Source of the DNA: Choristocarpus tenellus KU-1152
Taxonomy: Eukaryota > Protista > Phaeophyceae
Direction of reading: 5' to 3'
NCBI GenBank assembly: GCA_964200185.2
Contig: CAXNAD020000072.1
Coordinates: 1-32,287, forward strand
DNA: 32,287 bases
The notes beneath the pieces were generated by a model. The model ran no database searches. It was not told the origin of the DNA and saw only the letters and a program-made list of their open reading frames with translations. This document shows positions 10,901 through 21,600 of the stretch, piece by piece. How positions within the stretch are numbered: position 1 is the stretch's first letter; each line of letters starts with the position of its first letter. The translations under genes were made by a program, and so were the position numbers.

Positions 10901-13900
10901 ACTTACTATTGGCTGATCTCTTGGACTTACCGTTCATTTGCGGGTCTTACCACATAACCCTCAATGCATTTTGTTGCTTTTTCAGGTGACTGCTCAGAAT
11001 AGACCAAGGGGGGTGAGGAGGGCTTCAGATCAAGCAAATACATACTCTTGAATACATTGTGCATGTATGTACACGTGTGTGTGTGCCTGTTCCCAGTGAC
11101 AGTTAGGTGCAAAGAAGTGAAGATTCACAAGCAACAAAATCAAACAGCAAAGGGTCCTCAGTTTGGGGAAACAAAAAATCTCTGTTTGATTCTTGGGATT
11201 TCCTATAATAAGCGCGGTCCTCTTGGATACATGAAGCATATGCCCCTGCTATTGTGAGTGCACTGTGCCTCGACAATTCTGCACACAGTTATTTGCGTTG
11301 TGTTCCCTGTCCAAGATAAGTATGATTTGCATCGTGCAAAGATAATAGTGGGAGTTCAGGTGAGTGCATAGCATCTCCACCCCATCAACACGGCACATAT
11401 CTAGAGCGGGCTTCATCCAGGAGGAAGAAATGAAAAAAAACAAGAAGAATTTGGCAAAAAAGCAGAGATTAAACTGCAAAAAACCCGCCATCCCTCAACC
11501 AACTCTTTACCCAAGCTGCCCCACTTCCACTTTCATCAGTCCTGAAACCACCTCCTTCCCACCTTTCTGACACCCGAGGATGCACGTCCCTGCCAAACTT
11601 ATCCCGGTGGCCAGGCCCTGCTTGATCCCTGTCTCCACCAATTCCTCTACCTCCTGATCCACTGGAAGCACAACCCCCCTGGCCCCTTTCGCCCCTAGGG
11701 TTAGGGTTACTTCTTGGCTTCCTCGTATTTTGATTTGCTTGCTGAGTCCCCAACCGAGATCTAGGCCCCACCATCAACCTCGAACCTGACCCCGAACCTG
11801 TCCTTGCTGCAGTTGCATCAGACTGTGTCCCTGCTGCTCCTCCCTCTCTCTGAGAAGTAGGTGTACTTCCCTCACTCCCCCACCTCCTCTTGGAAACGCG
11901 ACGAGGGGGCAAGGGTGGGACCGGCGTCGTACCATCCAGGACGGTTGGAGTAGGCATTGGTGCAGACAATGAGGCATAGTTTTCACCATTGGAGCGCCTC
12001 GAAGACTCCATGGAGTGGCCTATGGAAGAGGCTCCGCTTCTGCTTGTACTTGTAGGTGTTCCCTCTGGAAGGGCGGCAGCACCAGCAGGCTGTTCAATCT
12101 TAATACTGCTTTGATGCTCTGGAGCTGCTTCTGGAGTATCCCTGGAAGAAACATTACTGCCTTCCCCAGGGCTGGGGATGAAGGAGGCAAGGGCCTCCTC
12201 AGTCGACACTGAGGTTGATCCTATCTCAGGTACAGTCGCCCCAGCCCCAGCCCCAGTCCCTCTAGAGCTTCCCACAGCAGCTGTTGCAGCTACAGGGTTG
12301 ACCTCAGAAGAGTTGTCATTCCTCCCTGAGGGAGAGGGATTGGTGTCAGGATTTGTTGCAGGTGCCCTTCTTCCAGTTGTGAGCTGTATCCTGACTCCAG
12401 GCCCTGCGGGCGAATCATCATCAACCATGCCTGGAATGGTCTGCAGGAGTGTGACAAGTAGACATATCAGTGGATGACTGCATTTTTTTGGGGGGGGGAG
12501 GTAGGTATAAAGAGATTTGAGGTGGGGTAGCAAAGGCCCTGTTGGAGGACAGGAAAAAATCAGGGCTTTGGTTAGTAAATTTAACTGTGAGTGCAATCAT
12601 ACTGGCTAAGGGTCAGGGGAAGGGTGGACTTCAATTTGACTTCTCAACACTTAGAGCAAGATGTTTTGTACTGGTGTGAAACATAGTACAGTCAATGAAT
12701 CAGAATGAAAGCAGTTACAGATTTGAAATTATTCCAGTAGGCTATCTTGCGATTTGTCTGCTTTGAGTAGTAGGAAGCACACACTACATTCAAAATAGCT
12801 TCTCCATAGGTATGTCTGTTCCTGGAGTCCCTCGAGACTCTGCAGGGTATGACCTCCAACAAGTGGAGTATGGCAATGAGAAATATGAAATGGGGGATGG
12901 AAACAAGATAAAGGACCAGAGCCTGTGGTTCTTCACTCAGATCAGTAAAAAAAACGAACAACACACCAAAAGACTGACCCACAACTCTGTTCTATGCTTT
13001 CCCTTATTCTACAGATATATATATATATCAAGGGGAGAGAACATGCAGCAGTCAAAAGGATTAGAGATCGATTCATTCCAAACAGCGACAAAGCCTACAG
13101 TAAGGGATGGCAATGAAAGTACTTTCAAATAACCTGCTCCAGTGGAATCAGAAGAAACCTTCTACCCTTCCACACTTGGTCAAATAAGTTTGACACAAAG
13201 AGTCCTGCCATGTCACATCACATCACATCACACAGACCCATCCACGCTAAATATTATGCAACTATACAATTTCAAATGTAAAATTTTTCCAGTCAGTGAT
13301 AGTTGGAATGGAAGTAGGAAGAGGACTATTTTGGCCAAGTGAAGCACATTTTATTCTCCACTATGTTATAAAACCCAACAACTAAACTCCAGTGATTAGA
13401 ACACGGGAAAGTGGACTACAAACCCTAACCCTAACCCTAAAGCATTATAAATTGTTGGAGAAACAGCACTTCGATAAAGGAATACAGTGCTGTTTGAGTT
13501 TTTTGGGTGCATTCTTTAGACACAAGGGCATATGGACTCCCAGATGAAATTGATCTGGTAGTTGCTGACTGGTGTAGGTACGTCTTTGCACCCCCAATTG
13601 CTCTATTGCATGGAGTAACCAAACGAATTGGATCATTCTGTTTGAGTTAGACTGGTCCAGGAGTAGACCTGTCTGACCCATGGGCTGGACTACTAGGGCA
13701 CGTAAAGGGCATGATCTGGTGGACATGGCAGAAAACGTTAGACCAGCCAGTGGACATGGTACGGATAATTCAAAGATAATTCAGAGAACGTTAGAACTGG
13801 CCAGGCTGGCAGATATAGACTGGTAAAATACCTTGTGGACATGGACCAGTACATGTAAGAAAACTATGGGACCAGTAAGCACCCTTTGAATGGGACGATC

Positions 13901-16900
13901 TTCATTTGCCGGCCTGGTGAAAGGCCCTGATTAACTCTTTTCACTTTGACAACAGCACAATATGGCTTAACAAAGTTGTTCATGGTATGCGTGGAAATAC
14001 TTGTATCATTCACAGTAAATACAACATAATACTGCTCTGCTGACTACTAATTTCATAGTTGGTGGAAATCGGGAAATTCAAGATTAGTTGGTTGACTGCA
14101 AACCAATGAAAAGAACCCTACAATATGCCGATATTTACGTTTTTGAAGAATCCGCTTGATTGTTTTTATATTTATTGCTTCTAAATCAAGTAATTCATAC
14201 CCTGCATGCTGGAACTAACACATTGACTGAGGAGCTGGATTCTATGAAGTGATGCAATAAGAGAGTACAGACACCAGCTATTTCCCATTGAATTCCACAA
14301 CCAAGCTCCAAGACCCAATTCTTGACCATTTCAGTTTCAAAATGAAGTAATATTGAGCTGTATCTATAGGTTAAGAAAAAAAGAGCTGGGTCTTTGAGTT
14401 TGGTTACCTTATCCTTCAAGTGTCCAAAGATTGGGGTCAAGGCAGACTGGAAACTTGACTTCAGTATGACTTCAGGGAATGTCAACATGTTTATTCATGG
14501 ATGGCAAAGAGGGGTAGATGCATGATGATGATGTATAGATGATGTATAACGACCTAACAACGCCCTTAAAAAAACAAAAAAAGTCATAAGCACATTGCCG
14601 TGAATGCCGTAATCGAAAAATGGAATACAAAATACGTCTGCAAGACAGAAATCGAGGTGCAGTGGGATCTGAACATACTGCACAAACACAGCAGCTTCGA
14701 TCGCACAACCTTTGAGAAGTAGAGTACAGTTTAGCCAAGATAGAGTACTATGTAGGTAGAACAACTTGGTGGGTGACAAAGAAACCAAGCGGTTTAGCGA
14801 AATATTGGCATTTCAAAGTACAGAGGGTTAGGGGAGAATTTTCAAAGTACAGAGGAGACCAATCTCTGCCTCCTACAGACAGATTCTCGGCAAACTGCAA
14901 AAAGTTTGAACGTGGCCAATCATTGTATGTCAAAATAGAATAATCAGTACTATGGATAGCGATGGAGCACCATAACACTAAGTGCGAGGTATTAATGAAA
15001 AAACAGGTCCCACCACGTTCCCACTCACTCTCTTTCCACACCATGTCCTTTGGGGTTATAACCCTAACCCTAACCCTATCCTGGCATGTAGAGCAAACTA
15101 CACAGCAAATGGAGAACAAACATGAAGGACAAGTAAAATGCAACCAGGTACCTTTACCAGATACAGACCCTGACTCTTCCAAAAAAGGGGTAAAATGAGA
15201 AATATAGCAAAGGGCAATCTAAATCTCCTGTTCAACCCCTGCAATAAAAATATCCTTAGCAAAGCAAAATAGTTATAGCAACACTTACACACCATGCGCA
15301 AGATGGTTCCTCCAAAGCCTCCACCACCACCATCCCCAGTAGCCCTGTACTCCTCTCTCCCTCCACTACCTCTCACAGAAGTTGCTGGCCACACTAAGTC
15401 TGGTCCCATTGCCTCCCTCCACCCCCTTCGACCCCCACCCACCCCCATCCCAGATGCAGATGCTCCTGCTGTTGCCCTCATCTCAGACGCAGATGCTGCG
15501 GCTGCTGCTGCTACTCTCTCTGCTATTCTGGGAGGGACAAAATCTTGTCCCTGCAGCATGTCATCTAATCCTGGACCGGTTTGTGTTGGCATTGCTGATC
15601 CATGCCTTGTTGCTGCTGGTACTGTTGAGGTGTCAGGACCTGTTCTTTGCTGCTGTCCTTGGGCCATGTCCCTGGTGACTGCTATCGCGCCTCCCTGGGT
15701 AGCCTGGAGAGCAGAGTCATATTCTCTGCAAGATGTATGAGTTAGAGTTACAACTAGGTTAAAGTTTAAGGCTTTGTTAGGGGAAATTCTGTGTGGGAGA
15801 TGGGTTGGGGTGAGGGTAGGGGTACAAGGGTGACAGTATGTCTAGCACAAGCACAGAATCTGGAGCTGAACAAGTTAGGGTTAGTCGGTGTTAGAGTTAA
15901 GGTTGGTATAGCGTCAATAACTAATCCAAGGTGGAATGGAAGGAGGGGTGGGGTAGAGGCGTTGAGGGAGAGAGTGAAAGTTTCTACATCATCATTGACT
16001 TCTTACTAAGTTTGAATTTTACTCTCACAGTGTTGTGACAAAAACATGTACAGTACAGCAGTCAGGTTCAATTTTTTCATCTCACTTTTCATTTTTCTTT
16101 GTTGCTAAGTTTGTTTTGTCTGCTCATATCTCCTTTCCGGTCAATTTACAGCTTCAATGCACATACATACATACATTGATTGATGCGCACAGTCTTACAT
16201 GCAATTTTCTTTTTTGTATCTCACCAATGCTGCAGTGCCATGACTGAAGAACGGTTTCCCTTGTGATATTTGCCAGGCGGTTTTGGTTTGCTTCACTACG
16301 CGTTGTGAAATGCTTGATCAAACCCAGATCTGCTCCATCTTGCATGGCTCATTTGATATGCTCAAAGTATAATTTGTAATGATTGCAAACATTCTAAATC
16401 TGTACTGCTGCATGGGTTTGTACAAATTCTGTTCTTGCCTTCACAGTGAAGGCCTTCATCCTTAGCAAAGAGGAATGGAACTTCACTATGGTTCTCCCAA
16501 CAGATATGGACATTCCTGACTACATCTCTTTAGTTGTAGCATTTGTGCTACATTGTGTGACATGACCAAATCCTGTGTTCTAGGACAGGTAACAGTATAA
16601 CTATCCCCCTCCACATTGAAAGAGAAGCGCATCAAGTGTAACTGTAACTGTAACTAGGTGTGGTATCTACTGCACTATACTCATGCAATACAGTGTGGTG
16701 TTTGTACTGTTTCTCCTTCAACCGCATTTCAAACCTTCATTGAGTTTAAGTGAAAATAATATCCACCTCCTGTGCAGAACGTGCAGTGAGATGTATGTCT
16801 TATTAACTAATGTAAATGGTAAAAGTGATGGTCGTTGTATATGGAAAGGCCATTGTTAAAATAATGGGATATTACTGTTGTGTAGGTGTAATTGATTGGT

Positions 16901-18653
16901 CTTTAGAACTGGGCTTCTACATTTTCAGCACAGACTTCTTCTCAAGACGGAAATGAACTAAAAAGGAAATAACATAGGAAAATATCTTATCAAGTACAAT
17001 ATTGAGTTGAAGCCAAGCGTTGAATGAGATAGTGTATGCTCCCCTGTGTGAAGAAGACATTGAGAAGTTATTGCAATGGACACACCAGTTAAGTGACTTT
17101 ATGGTGGCTGTTCTGTACAAAGGTCAGTTGTTGGTACAAATATAACTTGCAGACCTTTGTCCGAAATCAATAGTAAGTTGAACACCACTATGTGCGTGTT
17201 GCATATAGAAAACTTCTTGATTGAAAATAACAACTTAAGTGTGGCACCTCACCTGCCACAGAGCCTTCCACTGTGGCCCAGTGGGTAACATTTCTTTCAT
17301 TTCAACAACAAACAATTAACTCAACAACTTGCCACAAGAAAGTGTACCGACTTCCAAAGTAGCTTTTGTTACCTCCTTTGCCTCAACTATTGCAGGGTTG
17401 GTCTTGATCTTTTTTTTTAAAGGTCAAATTGTTCTTTGAAGAACAATATATATATATATATATATATTCCAATCATCCTTTGAAGAACACAGAACTTGGA
17501 CGTATTGCTGATTTACTAGGGCAGAACATTAGGAGCAGGAAATCCACTATTGCCTAATTTGACTGACCTTACTCCTCTTCTCCTCCCAGTTTCATAAATG
17601 CTGTCTCTACCAGTGGCACTGGAGGAATCAGACCTCACTCCACCACCTGGAAATGTTTGAGGTAAATCAATAATGAAGGGTACGTCAGCAATGATGTGAG
17701 TGCTGGACTATCATAGACTAGGTATCTATGTTCCAACGTAAGTGTAAGTTCAGCTATCCAGAGCAAATCTCACTCTCTTTCCCTCAACTGTAAGGACAAC
17801 TATGCACTAAGGTCTTATAACATGATTTAGACCCCTAGACAGGCTCAGAAGCTTCTCTTGGAAGATGGGAAAGTGTACAGTAGCTTGTGACTCCTTTTCG
17901 AACAGGGCAGGGCACATGGTCACAGAAGGCAGCATTCTCACCACTTGATGTAAGACAGTGAGGATCGTCATCGTAGTTAGAACTGGGCACATCAAAATGC
18001 GGAGGGGTATCACTCTGCATTTTGATGAGGCAGCACACACATCTTTGCGTGGGACAAATGTCTTGGTACAGTGGCACCTCAATATATCATGAAAACTCAG
18101 GGCCCTACGAGGTTGTTACAACTATGGTAACAACTTTGCCCATTTCACAATTACAGTTACAGTTACAGTTACGGCTGGGGAGAATGTTGATGGCCTACAA
18201 CGCAACCCTCCTGTTGGAAGTCTACCACCAACAGCTGGCAACTGTGGACATACAGAAAAAATCATACAAAAACATCCCAACTAAACCGTGGTGACTGTAA
18301 GTGCTATTCATCCTACTGTGCCCTAACACTAAGATGGAATTGTAATACAATTGTCATACTGTTCGCTTCTTCAGGAAACCTTACTGTAGGGTAACTGTGT
18401 TGTACTGGACTGCACTCACCATAAACGCACTGTCATTTATACATTGTAAAAAAAAAGGAAGCAAGATTCGAAACTGGATATTCATAATCTGCACTAAAAA
18501 GTAGTATAGTAACAATGAATCTTCAAAATACTCTTTAGTCCTCAACTTTTTGCAATAAAATATTGTACTACTAACCAGGTATTACATGTCAATAAAACCC
18601 AACACGTGTTGAAACCTAGATGATACACCAATCAAATCCCAAATGTGTTGTAT

Positions 18654-18686
<33 letters not shown>

Positions 18687-21600
18687 CTAGAGATATGAAA
18701 GCAGAATGGAGGTAGATGGTCAAACTTCCGCAATCAGAGTGGATTGTATTTTTCACAGCAGCATCTTTAATAAATTGGACAGACTATGTGAGTGCCTAAC
18801 CCTAACCCTAACCCTAACCCTGACCGCAAAAAGCGCTCCCTACTCCATCCGATTTATCAAAAAGGTGCAACAAACAATCATACCCACTCCAATGTTGGAA
18901 ACTTGACGAGATTCATTCCATAGGTCATTGGGTCTCCCTCTCGAGTTCAAGTTAGGGTTAGGGCTTCAATTTAGTCGGCTGTAAGGTGTAACTAACTAAG
19001 AATCAAACCATTGACAGTACACGTGGAATTCTTTGTACTGTTCACCACAAATGTACAGAATAATATACCACTGTACTGGTCTTCGATTAATACTCAACAA
19101 AATTCCAGGATTTCTGAATTTGTCGACAGCCCGCCAGGCTATATTCTTGTACTAAATGTGTTGGTTAGCTCTCCTGCACAAACAAACAGTTCAGAGCCTC
19201 CATGATTGCTCTTCACAACCATGAAAGGATCATGTTGTCATCATTGTTGACTGAGGGGGAAACAGGTCAGACAGTGAGCGTACTGTCTAAAGCAAAACTC
19301 AGACCGGAACGATAATGTCAAAAACAGTTCTCCAACCATATTCCGTACGGTACTGTGAGGTCAAATAAAAACTATGACTGTAACTTCACCGATAATATTT
19401 TCTTGTGTATGAGAATTGTTCATGCAACACCTTAACCTACTGCCAAAAATAATCCCTCTGCAACAATTTCCTCACACGGCAAAGACAGCGACAGATGTTG
19501 CGACCATGTCAATATATCTCACATCTGAGAGTTACATATATTCTTATGTACAGTTGGACAAACCTTCACGATTACAAACCAACCGAACAGCGAAAGTGCA
19601 ACTGCATGGGGCCCTGCAAGAAATAAAAAGTTTCGGGTTTGACTCCTGGCTAACTGTTTTCTCAACTTCCTCCAGGAAGATTCCCATTCAGCCCTACCAA
19701 GAGACCCTTGTTTTCCCTCCTTACTCCTCTGCCCAGGAGCTTTACTTTTTCCAGCATAGTCCCTTTAAAGTGTACACTTATAACCGCAAACATTTTCAAG
19801 CGGTCCTAACCCTAACCCTAACCCTAACGCAAACTGTAAGAAATTGTGCCCTTTTCTACAGGTTAGAGCCAATTCTCACAGTATCTCAATTACCTGTGCC
19901 AGTGCCAGCCCCACCATTGCCAACCCATACAGGAGCTCCCGGCGGCAGAGAGGTTGTCACATGTGTCAGAGGCACTTCACAGTGAAGGGTTCCATCATCA
20001 TACCTGTAATAATAGGTTATAATAGCCATTACGCAAAGGGGAAGAGGGTGGATATCTTTACAACACACATCTCACTCCACCTGTTACTTACGCTTTGATT
20101 TCACGGAATTGATCAAGAAATATATATATATATATCCTGCAAGCTTTTCTTTAAAACTGCATATCTTCGTTTTCAATTTTAATTCAAGGCCTAGAATGGA
20201 AAAAAACACATTACCCACACCACTGTATTTGTCTAGGAAAGTTTTCCCTTTCTCTTCGTCATTGGGCAAAGGCAAATGTGCTAGTGTCCGTTGTTCATAC
20301 AATAGACCACCAAGCCCAGTTCATGAATTCAAACGCTTTAAAAGTTGGTTTCAAGCTAGGCTACTCTTGATTGCCAAACGTCCTGGTGTCAACTAAGACA
20401 GAGACATGGAAGTAAAATCCAGGTCATTACAGATACAATATGTTGTTACTGTTTGATGTGTAACTAAGCACATCAATTGAAGGCACTCTCTACCTCAGCA
20501 AAATCACTACATCTACCAATTAGAAATCTCACCTCACCCCAAGCAAGTGATTGGTGGAAGCTGTAATAACTATGCCAGCATACCATCTTCGTCCCTCACC
20601 CTTACCCGCCCTCCCACAGCTGCTGCCTACATGACTGTCTCCTCTTACTCGAAAGAGTGAAAAGACCTCACAAGACACACAAACATACAAAAGAAATAGC
20701 TAGGTGAGACCACAGAAATGGACACGATACTTCAGAGCAACAGTCCCTTCCAAGGTATACTGTACTGATTTATTGACTGTATGTATCTAATTGTGTAGCA
20801 AATTACCGATCATTCTAGGGAGTGCTTCGTGTTATTATCTACTACTTGGTGTTGAGTCCAGTCATGCATTACTAGAGTACTAGAGGAGAGTGGAAATGCA
20901 AGAATATTTGAGCAAGGTGTTCACAAAAAAGAAATCTTCCACTCATTTCTTGCTATTGATTTACTTCAAAATGAGTGTGATATTGGAACGTTTCCTCTTC
21001 TGTGTAATCACTCTCAGAAGACCACAAGAGTATGAAAGTGTGGGTGTATGTCAACATGTTAGTTTCTTCCTCGCAATAGGGCCGTCCCAAGGAGTCGTCC
21101 GCTGAATTGAACACCTGTAAAAAGCTAAGAGGGCAAATAGAGATACTTGAAACTGTTTTAAGAATGGATAACCCTTACACTGTACCTGTTGTCCAATGGC
21201 AGTTTGCACTCTCCACACATGTCCATTTTTTCACACTGACAAGGGCATGAAAATGACACTAGCTAGCCAGCAGGCCAGACTAAACAATCTCTTTGGGAGT
21301 GTTCTCCAATGTATTCAAACACACACAAAAGAAACTGTCTACCTAAGGCCAAATGACTATTCTGACTGTTGCAATGATGTAAAAAGAACCAAGTAATACA
21401 AAGTACACTACAAAAGCTAGATCATCAAATTTGGTATCTAACAAGCTATTGAAAGGCAGACCCCCAAAGCAAGGCAGTGGCACTTCAATAAGCAGATGGG
21501 ATACATTCTACTGTATTGTATGCAAAAAAGTTGACATTAGTAGTCATCCTCCCTGATCCTTCCCCAGAGCCCCTGTCACACCCTTATCCCTTGCCCTGTG

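Noticed and set aside
16154-16345. DLGLIKHF...ITRETVLQSW, faintly like a pogo/DDE_1 transposase motif
   Set aside because: Too short, with no upstream catalytic motifs or TIRs; cannot be supported without a profile search
17942-18042. Candidate exon (VIPLRILMCPVLTTMTILTVLHQV or SDTPPHFDV...)
   Set aside because: Splice signals are plausible, but a simpler phase-consistent path (19894 to 17646) exists; unresolved without cDNA
19584-19762. Open purine-rich minus-strand frame (DYAGKSK...WESSWRKLRKQ) and 30-nt mini-exon 19584-19613
   Set aside because: The long frame does not match the phase of the upstream donor, and the mini-exon is not required; no supporting motif
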